This document shows, in pieces, positions 1 to 13,000 of a DNA stretch of 64,000 nucleotides. The stretch is from Camelus ferus. Its lineage: Eukaryota. The translations under genes and the position numbers were made by a program. Within the stretch, counting starts at the first letter, position 1, and the number at the start of each line of letters is the position of its first letter. The stretch lies in NCBI RefSeq assembly GCF_009834535.1, contig NC_045707.1:53074001-53138000 (forward strand), in the 5' to 3' direction. The notes beneath the pieces are model-generated. The model was not told the DNA's origin, did no database searches, and was given only the letters and a program-made list of their open reading frames with translations.

Positions 1-819
1 ACCAGCATCAGTTCTATTAAGAAGATAGTAATTATGACTTTGTACCTCATTTCTTTACCACCTAAGCCCTCAGCTGTTTGCAGGCTGGTTTTTGCCTGCA
101 CCGTTTCTTTCAAAAACCAACTTTCAGGAAGCAAGTTGTCGGTGGCTCGGTATCATGTACACACGAACACCGTGTGGAGAGAAGCGAAGCAGTTCTCTAT
201 TGATTCTTAGAAAAGGGTTTATAAAGGATATGCACGATGCCTCACATATCATCTAAGTTATAACAATATTAATAATCTTAAACTATTTAGGTCCCCAAGC
301 TCCTGCAGTAAGCACAGGATGTTACATGATCAAGGACAGACTGTTTGAAAGTTCATCAGGAAACTTCATTAAGTAGGCCATCTCTTGTCCAGCCGGCTGT
401 GCCTATCTTAGGTTGTCCTCCTCTGAGGAGCTCACCCGTCACTGGCTATCCAGCCATCCATACTGGATACATTAAGTAGGCCATTTCTTACCAGCCTGGA
501 TACGTGACATTCCTCACAGCTTGTTTATCAGTTCAACCTACGGCTATTCTCTAGAGCTTTCAGACAGGGGCCTACATAAGTCTAAAGAATTTATCTCAGT
601 CACCTTTCCTGACCTCTCTGCAGCGTTGTTATGCTGTCGATTATTCTCTCCTCAGAGTTTTGTTCTAGCTTCTGAGATGCTGTACTTTTTGGCATTTCTG
701 ACAGTGCCACTGACTGCTACACGTAATACTGTTCTCCAACACAACCTGTTCTCTTTAAGTTCACCATCTGAACAAGAAGTACTAGAACTGTTCAGAGCTT
801 CGCTGCACAACACACCAAA

Positions 820-1282
820 CACACAGGGCACTCGAGTACTTGAAATGGAGCAAGTGCATTCAGCTGAGCAGCTGAATTTTTAACTCGATTAAATTTTAAT
901 TAATTTAAAATGTAAAGCTTGATATGCATTTCGGTTATTGACAAATTCCAGGTATGTCTGGAACAACTTGGGTAAATGAATCTATTTTTTTCCACCCTAC
1001 ATTTTATGAAATCTAAACACAGATTCAATTTCCATAGACCAGATTGTGAATGCTTGGTACAGAAAAAAGAATGTAAGATCGCTTACTAACAATCTGTTTA
1101 TATTAACTGCATGTTGAAATTATGTTTTAAACATAGTGGGTTAAATAATTATAATTACATAATTATAATAATAATTATTAAAATTATATTCATCTGTTCC
1201 TTCTTGCTTTTTAAAGTGCGGCTTCTAGAGAATTTTAAATTGTATGTTGGGTCACAGTTATATTTATCCTGGGCAGCACTGA
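820..1282 (-). mobile_element. hAT-Charlie (Charlie1a/MER33-like) remnant
   Basis: 'tacttgaaatg...ttttaattaatttaaa' and the terminal 'ttctagagaattttaaatt...gggcagcactg'. Confidence 0.55.
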
Positions 1283-2329
1283 GTAAGGGGCTTCAATTTG
1301 CACACTCGTACGTACAAAAGCACGTGCACATATATACATATATACAAGTGTCTACATACAGAGCCACGTACATGCGTGTGTACACACGTTCCTTAATTTA
1401 CAGGTGTGTGCGAGCTTGGCCTCCAGGATTCCAGGCAAGGCTGGGCTGAGCTACCATGTGATCCCTCTTCAGCTGACAGGGAAGAGACATTTCTGCACCC
1501 CGAAGGCAGGGGAGGTTGAAGGGAAGTCAGCGCCCCAAGTACAAAAGACTATTTTCACAGATGCAATCAAAGCAAAAGTTTTAAAATGGAAACTTAATTA
1601 TGGGCAAGAGCAAAAGACAACGTCGGTGGCAAAAAGCAGTCATGTTGGTACTTCCTGTTTCTGGCGTTCTTTTTTCATTGTTAAAGCATAGTCAGTTTAC
1701 AACACTTAGTTTTGGTGCACAGTGATTCAGTTATACGTATGGATATCCCTTTTCATATTATTTTTCATTATAGGCTATTTCAAGGTATCAAATATAGTTC
1801 AATTAAATCAGAGGTGAGGACTCAGGTTAATCAGATGAAATGGTGGCTAATGAAAAATCTCATAAGCCAGGTATGTCTGTGGACTCAACTCTCACCTGAA
1901 TGGCATTTACATTTGCAATGCGTCAGCAGGAGTGGTGGCCGGTACAGTGGACGGCATCCCACCGCTGAGGTGTTCCCTATGGAGAATTTATAGCTACTGT
2001 GTCATTCCAGTAAAGGGTGATTACTTGTGAAAATGTTTGGATGGAACTGGTCCGTGCTGCGAAAAAAGACCTGGGCCAGAACACACATCTTCATGGAGAA
2101 AGTCTGTTTTCCAAGCCCAGAAGGGCAGCTCATCCTTCCACTTGGTAAAAACTGAGATTACAAAGCTTAATAAATTTACTTAAGAAAGGGCCTTTTGAGT
2201 TCCTCAAGCTTTTCTCTTTGGCCTCCTCCTTTTCAGTATATTCAACTAAAACAGACTGGTGGTGGTACACATGCTAGGTAAGAGTCCCTGGGAAAGGGGC
2301 AGCCTGCTCCCTTCCTGGGTCTCCTGACC

Positions 2330-4020
2330 TGCAAAGCCGAGCACGTTAGTAACAGTGCCCTCAGGAAGCTGTCAGGAGAATCAAGGGCGTCACCAGAGTG
2401 AAGTGCCAGGGAAGGACCTGATCAGGGCGGTGCTCCCTGTCGCCACGGCTCTGCTACCCCGCCCTCTCCAAGGCAAACGCGCGGTTTCCACGGGAGCCGG
2501 GTTCCCGCAGGGTCCCCCCGGAGGCTGGAGTGAGCGGACTCCAGTCCCGCCCCCGGTTAGCGGACAGGACTGAAACAAAACGGACAGCCTGGGGGGGCCC
2601 TCCTTGGAGAGGCAGTATCGTCCATTGTAGAAAATAAGGGACAAGCAATGGGGAAAGCCTGGAAGCGGCCAGGTTAATTACAAGCGCTGGAGAAAACCGC
2701 ATTTCGTCTGTTAAAACAGGACACAAATCATCCACAACCGTAAACTGCCGACGTCCAGTGCACACGGGCGCGCTTTCTTTAAACTGGAAACACTTTGTGA
2801 AATCGTTTTAAACTAAACTTAAGACTTAGAAACTCAAGTTCCGAAAGAAGGCACTTGACGACTTGGAAGACGCAGACGACGGGCGCGGAGCTAACTCCCT
2901 TCCGGACGCGGGCCCTCTCCGCCCGCCGTCTCGCCGCGCGCTTTCACCACGTCACAACCCACGAGCTTCGCGTTCCCGCGCGCCGGGGCCCGCGCCGCGC
3001 AAGCGCAGTCGTCTCCGAGCGCCGGCGCCCGCGGGACTTGCGCGGCGCACAGTGCTGACGCAGCACGCACGCGCGTCGGCCCCTCGCCGGCGACGGCGCT
3101 GCGTCACGGACCTTCGAGCACTGCGCTCCCGAGACGGCGGCCCCTGCGGCCTCGGCGCTGGCGTCCCGCGCTCGGAGTCCGGTCGGCGGCGCGATGAGGC
3201 GCAGCAAGGCCGACGTGGAGCGGTACATCGCCTCGGTGCAGGGCTCCGCCCCATCGCCCCGAGAGGTGAGCCGGCCGGAGCGTGCGGCCTCCGGGCGGGC
3301 CGGCGGCGCCATGGCTCCGGCTGAGGAGCGGCCGGGCTGGCGGGCGGGGGGTGGGGAGGCGGCGGGCGTTGGCGCGGCGCTCCCTGCTTCTCCTTCTCCT
3401 TTTCTTTCTCCTCGGCGCCCCGGCGGCACCGCTGCGCCCACGGCCCGGGCTCCTCGCCGGCCCTCACACTCCGCTTTGGACGCGGCCTTTACTGGCTTTT
3501 CGCTTTTCGGCGGAGTCTTGGGGATTCTGGGTTTCCTGTCGGGTCTTGCTCGTGGGGTAGGCCTTCCAGCCTTCCGAGAGGCCTCTTAGGGCGCTTTTCC
3601 TTCTCCGAGGTGGGCCGCGTGCTGGGTGACCAGGGTGGGCGCTGGATCCTGAGTCACTGCCGGCTCGCAGGTTGTGGGGCGTGGGGCGCGCAGGGCGGAG
3701 TTAGGGCGTCTGTCCTCGGACCAGCAGTGTTAGACATGCAGGACAGTGTTCGGCGCACGGTAGGCGCTCTGTCAGTGTGGCGTTCTGGGCTCGGGCCCGT
3801 GGGGACAGAGGTTTCTGAGGGAATTAAAAGGGGAAGCGCACGGACAGTCACGGCTATCGTGGCACACAGTCTGCGCGTCTTTCACCGCCCACCGGGCACG
3901 TGTTATCTTCCCGCTCCCAGCGACCCTGCGGGTATGGAAACCTGCAGAGATTAAAGATACTCGCCCGGCGTCGGAGTGGTGGTGCGGCGGGATTCCGGTA
4001 GTGCGTGTGGTTTTCATTTA
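2330..4020 (+). promoter_or_regulatory. RANBP2: CpG island / promoter of RANBP2
   Basis: Very high GC and CpG density around exon 1, with a GC box (CCCGCCCC near 2546) and no obvious TATA box. Confidence 0.85.
3194..3265 (+). CDS. RANBP2: RANBP2 coding exon 1
   Basis: ATG at 3194; [24 protein letters not shown]; donor GAG|gtgagc; 72 nt. Confidence 0.96.
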
Positions 4021-7000
4021 GAAGTAGAGGAGCAGGTTACAGGCCATTCCTTCACAGGAGAGAAGGGTGTCCTACAAACTTTGTAATTTCAAACTGCTGG
4101 CATAGTCGTAAATACAAACGTGGTACCAGAGTCTAAAACAGGGCTTTGTTTAATGTCTCTGTACCCTTGAAATTGATAGACTTTTATTTTCTAAAGCAAA
4201 TCTGTAGCTTTTATGAAATTCTTGGTGGGAACCCGGATTCTCAAAATGTTTAGAACCACTGTCTAGACAGGAGTTAGAATGTTCTTTGAACTAAACTTTT
4301 CTATCAAATAAAGAAGGGTGAGGACAAGACTTTAAAGGTTTTGGGGTTTTTTTTTTTTTTGGCCTCCTATTTTGTATTTATAAAGAGTATTACTATTATT
4401 TTAAATGGAAGTGCTGGGGATTAAACCCAGGACCTAGTGTACGCTAAGGATGCGCTCTACCACTGAGCTACAGCCACCTCTCCATAAAGAGTATTATTCT
4501 AATGAGATGTTCTCCTTCAAACGGGGAAATCATTTGCTTTAGAACCTGGGACTTCAGTGGAACATTAGCAAGTGATGACTTAGGAGCCTGTGACCGTATT
4601 CTTTTAGCTTGGGTCTGGGTGAGGCAGAGGCAGTGGCTGTGAGGAGTAGAAAGAGACTGGTGTTGACGTGGTGCCCAGTTTGGCAGAGACTGGCTGTGAG
4701 TGAACTGACTTACCAGGATGTCCGAGTTCTAGGGGCAGTGATGGGGCCACAGTCTCCTGTCTTCCCAGGCCTCCATTGTGCTGTCGTTTGTTCCTCTCCT
4801 CTTTGCTTTTGCCATTTTCTACTCTTTCATGCCTGCTTTTGCCTTTGGTGAAAGTGTCACTTACGTTTCTTTAATTTTTTTTCCAGATGGCTTCTATTTA
4901 GTTTTCTTAGAGTTCTGTCTAGTTGGCTTCCTATTCCTCACCTCTGATTTCCTGCTTCTCAGGGGCAGCTTGACAGCTCTTAGTTGTTCTAGCATTGACA
5001 CCTGTGCTTCATACTTCTGAACATACGTATATACTTCTAACATACGTATATACAGGGACCCTTGAACAACATGGGTTTGAACAGCACAGGTCTACTCCTG
5101 TGTGGGTTTTTTTCAGTAAATACGGACTGTAGTACTGTACAACCCAGTGTTGTGAGTCTGAGGATGTGGAAACTTGGGTACAGAGGAGCCAAGACTGTAG
5201 AGGAACCCTGTGTACAGGGGACCGGCTGCAAGTCTGTGTGAATTTTCTACTGCCAGGGAGTCAGTGTTACTAACCCCTGCTTTGTTCAATGGTCAACTGT
5301 ATTTTTCTTTATCTGCTTTTCCCTATTTTAGACACTTTTTATTGGCTTTCAACTCAGTTCCTCCAAATCTGTTCACAGATATATTTATTTTCACCCTCAT
5401 TTTTCCAGTTATGTTATTGCAAATTTTAGTTAAATGATTATCTAGTGTTTGTATAATTATGGGAAGGTAAATATTTTTGCATTTGAGTTACCTTTATAGT
5501 TTTTTTCCCCCAGAGTTAATAATAATTGCTCTATCTTTTGGTTTGTTTAGTTTCCTTTGATATATTACTAATTCTGTACCCAAATTCAATTCAGACTCTC
5601 AAGTGTTAACAGATAGGTTGCACAATCCACCAATTTTAGCTTAAAAAATTGTTTTAAAGAGTCTTGCTTCTGGATTACTCTTGTCTGATTGCTCCTCCCT
5701 AGGCCAGTTGGTGCTTCTCTTTGCTACACAGCTGTGCTACTGGGCTTTCCTATATCATCATCTTGAGAATTCCTTTCACCTCTTTTCTGGTGTTAGACTC
5801 TTGGTTTCCTGTAACTCATGTCCTCTGTTTTGGTGTAGCACAACCTCCAGTTTGCTTTGAGTAGGAATCGATGGGAATTTTTTTTTTTAAACATCGTATG
5901 TCTAAAGAATGTCTTTACCTAATCGATTGGTTATCAGATTCTAGGTTTGAAATAATTTTTTCCTCAATTTTGAGAGCACTGCTTCATTTTTGAATTGTAC
6001 TGTTAGAAGTGTGATGTGATTTTTAGTTCTTAATAGCTTACAGGTTTTCTGGAAGTTTCAATTGACAAACTCATTTCTTTCCGTTGTGGGACATTTTTTA
6101 TGTTATTTCTTCGAGCTTTTCTTCTCTCTTGCTTTTTTTTCCCTCTTATTTTTCTGACGTTCTTAGTAATTGAAAGTTGGTTCTGACTTGATCCTCCAAA
6201 TTTTTGTCTCTTATTTGTGTCCTCTGTTTGTTGTATTTTTTGAGAGATGGTTTTTAACCTAATCTTCCCAGCAAAGGGGAGTGGGAACACACTGTTCAGT
6301 ACCTAAATGTTGCTTATCCCCCTTTCCCTCACCCTTGTCGGGACTCCATAAGTTTGGAACCCACCAGTTTATACTAGAACAAACCTATTTACTTCAGGTT
6401 TTTACAGGGGATGTATGCAAGAGGCGGAGTCAGGTGGCTGTGTAAGTTGAAGGGTCATGTGGCATCTCTTGAGGTCTGAATGTACTGTTTTCAGCCCCAC
6501 AGCAGTTCTCCAGACTTAGCAGCTGAAGTGAATTCAAGTATTCGCTCACAGTGGCATGACGTGTCATGGGAAGCAGCACTGGTCCAGCCAGGGACTGTCC
6601 TGTGCGCTCCTTTCTCGCTGTGTGTCCTTCACAAGGCACTGAACCCACCTGGGCTCTCCCCTCATAAAATGAGGAGACTAGAGACAGAAGAGTATCACGT
6701 TTCCCCCAAATTTTGTGATTCTTTGTATTAGTCTTTAATAATTGTTTAATCATCTGAAGATAGTCCTCTTTAGTGAGCAAAATGGGTTATGGTGTTGATT
6801 TTTCTGTGATGTGTTGACATTGTACCTTGTGGAAGTCTGTTTTAAAAAGGGTGGGGGAAGCTACATTCCTTTTAGTGCCAGTTTGAATGTTGTGTATTAC
6901 TATTGTCATAAACTTCCTCCTGTCTTATAAATTCATGAATTCATGGGTTTGGGGAAGGAAGGCTGTGTACCAAATTCTGATGTATTCCTTTCTTTGCTTT

Positions 7001-10000
7001 TTAAAGTATTTCTTATTAACTACAGTTCTATCCTTCTTGATCTGTTTTCTCAGATGTTTAGGAATCCTGAAGTTTAACATTGTTTATAGTTTTAGAATAT
7101 ATCCTGCTATGGATGTACAGTAAATATTGTCATACTAAGATCATATGGAATGACTTTCTGGGTGTAAGTCACTATTTTGACATGAAAGTAAGTATGTTTT
7201 CAACACCTTTATGGAGAGTAATTTATATACTGTACAATTCACCCATTTAATGTGTACAGTTTAAAGAGTTTCAGTGTATTATTGATGTTTTAAATTGTGG
7301 TAAACTAGGTATAACAAAATTTGCCATTTTAATAACTTTAAAGCATATAACTCAGTTGCGTTAGTGATGTTTAACCTTCACCACTGTCTATTTCTAAAAC
7401 TTTTCATCACCTCAAACTGAAACTTTTTAACCATTTAGCAGTAATTCCCCTGGTTCCTCTTCTCCCTAGCACTGGTTACCTTGAATCTACTTTCCCACTT
7501 TACGAATTCGCCTATTTTAAATATTTCATTTCTGTGAGAGTGTACAATAATTGTCCTTTTGTGTCTGGCTTATTTAACTTAGCAGTGTTTTAAATATTCA
7601 TCCATATTACAGCATGTATCAGGACTTTCCTTTTTATGGCTTAGTAGTAATCTATATGTATATACCACATTTTGTTTATCCATTTATTTGTTGATGGACA
7701 CTTGCGTTTCTACCTTCTGGCTATTACTGAGTAATGCTGCTGTGAACATGGTGCAGTGTACAGGCATCGCTTAGAGACCTTGTTTTTAATTATTTTGGGT
7801 ATATATATTTCTAGGAGTAGAATTGCTGGGTATAGCCTGTGTTTAGCTTTTGAGGAATTGCCAAACTATTTCTATAGTGGCTGCACCATTTTATATCTCC
7901 ACTAGCAGTGTAAGAGGGTTCCAGTTTCTCCACATTCTTTTTTTTTTTTTTTTTTTTATGATTTGTAGCCATCCTGATGAGGGTTTTTTATTGCGAGTTT
8001 GATTTGCATTTTCCTAATTACTAATAACATTAACGTTGAGCATCTTTTCCTGGCTTATTGGCCATTTGTATATCCTTTTTAGAGTAGTGTCTACTCAAGC
8101 CTTCTACTTTGGGTTTTTTAATTGAATATTTGTGTTTGTGTTATTGAGTTGTAGAAATTCTTTATGTATTTTGGGTATGATTTCCCAGTATTTTCTCTCA
8201 TTCTCTAAGTTGCCTTTTCACTTTATAATGTCAGTTGATGCAAAAAAATGTTTAATTTTGCTGAATTTTATTTTATCTGTTGTTTCTTGTGCTTTTGGTG
8301 TCATACCTAAGAATCCATTGCCAAATTGGAGATAATGAAGACTTACCCCTATGTTTTTTTCTAAGAGTTTTATGGTTTTTAGTTTTTATTGATCCATCTT
8401 GAGTTAATTTTTATACATGGTGTGAGGAAGGGATTTAGTTTCATTCTTTTGCATGTGGGAAATCAGTTGTACTATCATCATTAGAGTAAAACTAACCTGC
8501 CTCACAAAGCTCTAAACCCAGCTCACACTAAGTGCAAATCTAAACTCAGCTGTATTAGTGAGTGAACAATCCTGTGGCAGGTGAATTCTCTTTACAGTGA
8601 TAGGAAGAAGTGATGTCAGGGACCAAAAGTTGAGGTCTCTGAATATTTGGCTGCCTAAACCCAGTACGGTAACTTCTGGTACCTCTAGTTTAAAACTAAA
8701 AAGATCAAAAGGATTGGGAGAAGCCACTTTCAGGGTCCGTAATCCTAGAAAAATCTCAAAGATTTTTCCTTTATCAGAGATTTTTTCTGAATTTTTTCCT
8801 CCTGCTTCACTGGTGTTTTCTCTCTATTCAGCTTAGGAAACTTCTGTTATGCCTTTGACAGGTGTACTGGACCCAATGCTGCCTCCTCCCCAGGGCATAG
8901 AGGGGAGGTGAGAGGGAGGTGAGTTGCATTGGGGCCTTCCACTTACTCTGCTTTTCGTAAGTCTCCATGTGCCAGGCCAGGGCCGCTTAACAGGGTCCTC
9001 TCTGTCAGCCAAGTCTCTCAGACTCATTGCCCCTCAGCTGCTGTTTCACTAGAAGAGTAAGAATCTTGGTCTTCCATTCATAACTGTCTGATGAGATGAT
9101 GAGGCATTTGACTACCTTTCATAGTCACTCTGCCATTTATTTGCCTTTATTGTATTTCTTCACTGTGACTTTGAAAGTCCTGGACGGAAATCACATCACA
9201 TCAGTACCCGCCATTGCCTTTATTTACATGAAACAGACTCCTTAGGGCCTCCCCAGTTGGAGAAGTGCCTTCTGGTTTCAGTCACTGGCTGGACCGAAGT
9301 ATGCAAGCGCCAGAGGAAGTAAGTTGGAGAGCTGGGCAGGCACTGTGTCATGCTAATCCTGGGTGAGAGAGTTAGGTATCTTCAACGTGTAATGGAAGCC
9401 ATAAAAGAATTTAAAATTTAAACAAAAGCATAGTGTGATTTGTCTTATGTTTTAAAATGGTACTTCTTTGGAGAATGAATTAGATGGGCACTGAACAGGA
9501 AGGAATGAGCCTTTGCAGTAGCCCCAGGAGCTGTCATGGCAGGCAGGGACTTTGGTGTAGCAGTGGAGGTGTAGAGAAATGGACGGCTTGAGATAACGTA
9601 AAAGGTAGCACTGATGATATTTTGCACCTAAGTTTAGAGCTCAGGAGTGATGAGAGCCAGAGATATGTATTTGAGAGTCAGTGTACCATCAGTAGCCCCA
9701 GGTGAGATGGACCGTGTGTCCCCTATGAGACACTGGGAGAGAGAAGAGGACCTGGGACCAATTCCTGGGACGCTGATGCGTGAGGAGGAGCCTGTGAAGG
9801 AGCTGGAGAAGGAATAGCCACCAAGGTAGAAGTCAAACTAAAGAGAGCCTGATATTTTTTGAAGTCACGAGAAGAGGATTTCAGGAAGATGGCTGTGATT
9901 TAAGAGTACGTTTTACAGATTTCCTAAGAAGGAAAAATTGAAACTGTACATAGTAAACTGTGGAGATTAGTTAAATTACTGTAGTTCATCTGCTGTCTGG

Positions 10001-13000
10001 TCTGCCCTAGGTAACTACTTCTTTACTTCAGTCAGGTTTCTGGTCAAATATGCCCTTAATGAGACCTTTTCTGACAACCTGGTCTCTCTCCTGTTTTGTA
10101 CAATCTGTCATGCTGTTTTTTGTCCCCCTCCACTGTAACCAACTAAGAAAGAAGGAACACTGCCAGCCTAGCAAGACAGTCAGTGTGCCTGTGGTTTGTG
10201 AGGATGAACACTGACTTTGGCTTTGTCAAAGTGCGGTGTGCTGTCAGTAACTGCTGCAGTGCTGTGGGGTAGCACTGTTCTGCTCCCGCACACATCACTG
10301 TGTGCTTGTCACCCTTCCTGAAGTGCAGGTTCGTGCGTGAGGACAGAGAAACTGACTGCTGATCTGCGATACCAGAACCGTGAACAGGAGGCATGGCGGA
10401 CAGATCCAGCGTCTGCGTTTTTAGGATTAAAATCAGTAAATGAAAACATTACTTTGTAGATTGCTTTTTTCACTTAATCTGTTGATTGTTGTTTTCCTGT
10501 GTCCTTGTATAGTTTTAAAAAATACGATGTTTGATGACTGTGTACTTGTATCGCACGTACGTGAAGTCATCTGGTACATCCCAGCATTCTGGACTTCGGA
10601 ACTTATAGAGAAAAAAAGAGCCAGGTTGTGGCCTTGGATTATTACCAGGAGAATTCAGTTTTTATTTCTGCCTCTTTAATTCCTTGAGTGTAAAGTAATG
10701 ATCTGTGGAGAGGTCGGTAACTGGACCAAGGAATCTCCAGTGCCTTAAAGGGCCTGAGGTACTTTCTGACTCTTCCACATGAGGCTCACACGAGGAAGGA
10801 GACGTGAGGTCCCTGAAGTACCTTTCCTTTCCCCAGAAAAGTGGCTTCCTGTCTCTTTCCTTAACTGTGAAGTGAGGGAGTGGCACCATGTGATTCTAAG
10901 GTTTCTTGCTGATATAAATTCTAATTTCTGATGTCATCTTGTCTTGCTGTTCTTAAATTTATTTTTTATTTCATGAGAATTAGAAAACATAGAATCTTGA
11001 CTTTTAGAACATACATGCATTTGTACAAGCAATTCTTTTTAACCTTTTAACTGAACAAAAGAATTATATTAATGTTAACCTTGATTTTTAGTTCTTGTGA
11101 AAATATGCAAAATTCAAAATATGAAAAATAAATGAATTCTTAATTTTTTTTAGAAGTCAATGAAAGGATTCTATTTTGCAAAGCTGTATTATGAAGCTAA
11201 AGAATATGATCTTGCTAAAAAGTAAGTACCAAACTGTAAACTTAATTTTCTGAACCCAGTGCCTTTTCCTCATGTTCTTTGAAATGGATAAAAGTAAGTT
11301 CTTTTTGGCAGTTTTTTCCAAGTGTGTCCTGGGAATAAGGGAATCATCGATCAGATTGATGGTGAGGACTAGTCTGGATCCTCGGAGACGGAGTTCAGGG
11401 TGATACTGTCTGCACGCCCACCGCTTGTTTATACCTAGGGCAAGAGGTCATTTGGTTAACGTTTTCTCTAAAGATTGTCCTGGGTTAGAGTAAAAGAGAA
11501 GCATGGTTATATCTTCATTTCTTCCTGGTGAGATGTCTGCTCTTATCAACTGGAAAATAGCATGAATACAAAGTTAAACTGTAATTCCAGGCGGGAGAAT
11601 AGCTTGTGCAAAAGATTTTAATTGACTGAATAGGTGGATCCTCTGAGGCTATCTTATCCCAGGACCAAGAAGGTTGGGGATCTGGTTTTCTGAGTTGTAG
11701 TGGCTTAAAGCGGGGAATTAGGAGGGAGGCAGGCTATTAGTGGCATTGTTGGAAAGATGTAAAGATAAGTAAGGAAAGTGTTAGCACCTTTATTTAACTA
11801 GCAGCACTGGGGCTGTTAACCCTGTTCCTTGTTACAATGGCACTTTTTCCTCCAGTGTTGATCTTTGGGCTAATTTCTCCTGTGATAACATTCACTGAGC
11901 CTAGAAAATGCTCATTTTTAGTTGCCACTTGAGTTAAGGAGTGGAGGTCACCTGCGTTTCATCCTGTAGGGAGTGGTTCTTCCTCTGCGCTGTTTCAGCT
12001 GCATACAGGCCTCTTAGATGTTTTCTTGTTAAATAGGTGAATGTTCTCTTGGTTGCTTGGAAATTGTTGCTCTTTAATATTTTGCATTATGATAACTTAG
12101 AAGATATTTACTGTAATCACGTTTGAATTTCTATGCAAAACTTTTTAGTGCTTTACCAAAATGTAGTCAGAAAAGAATATAATTTATGCATTCATTTCTT
12201 ATGAGTAGCACTGGAAAGAGCATTTGGTAAATGTAGCGTTTTAAAGTAAAATGAGTATGTTGTCAACTTGGTATGTGTGTTCGTGTTTAAGAATTACCTG
12301 TTTTTTTCCTGTGGGTGCTTTTGAGTTATCTGCATATTCTACTTTAAGTGAATAGTGCTGTCAACAATGAGAATAACAATGTAAATTAGTTTAGTGGTTG
12401 CTTTGGCTTAAGATACTCTCTCAGCATTTAAATACAGTTCTAAATGTCGTAATTTAAAGATGATTTGTTTTTATATTATTATTTTTAAACAGATATATAT
12501 CTACATATATTAACGTGCAAGAAAGGGATCCCAAAGCTCACAGATTTCTTGGTCTTCTTTATGAAGTGGAGGAAAACATAGACAAAGCTGTTGAATGTTA
12601 TAAGGTAAACTATATAAGATTAATACTTAGCCTTTGCACAGCCAAACATGCATATGCCCAGGTTAATTTATATGATAAATAATTTGAATATATTTTATGG
12701 ATGTCTTGAAAACAAGCACTGGTATCACTTTATTTATTTGGATAAATTTTTTTTGTTTTAATTTTTATATTTTTTGAGGGGAGAGGTAGTTAGGTTTATC
12801 TTATTAATTTATTTTTGGGGGTATAATTAGGTTTATTTACTTATTTTATTTTTAGAGGAGTTACTGGGGATTGAACCCAGGACCTCATGCATGCTAACTA
12901 AGCAGGCAGGCGCTCTACCACTGAGATATCCCCCCTCTGTCAGATTTTAAATTATTTGGCCCAGAGTATGCTATTTTATCATAAAGAGCTTAGCATTTGT

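Noticed and set aside
367..484. 15-bp direct repeat CATTAAGTAGGCCAT 103 bp apart (CRISPR-like or TSD?)
   Set aside because: Only two copies in mammalian DNA with no recognisable element between them; probably an old local duplication or LTR-internal repeat.
2855..3954. Many overlapping Arg/Pro/Ala/Gly-rich ORFs on both strands
   Set aside because: Expected from stop-codon scarcity in a CpG island; only 3194-3265 is supported.
4393..4483. tRNA-Ala gene
   Set aside because: Degenerate cloverleaf with an AT-rich tail and TSD, and several similar copies in the window; it is a SINE.
8474..9258. Functional rRNA gene
   Set aside because: Fragmentary, heavily mutated, with internal deletions; a pseudogenic relic only.
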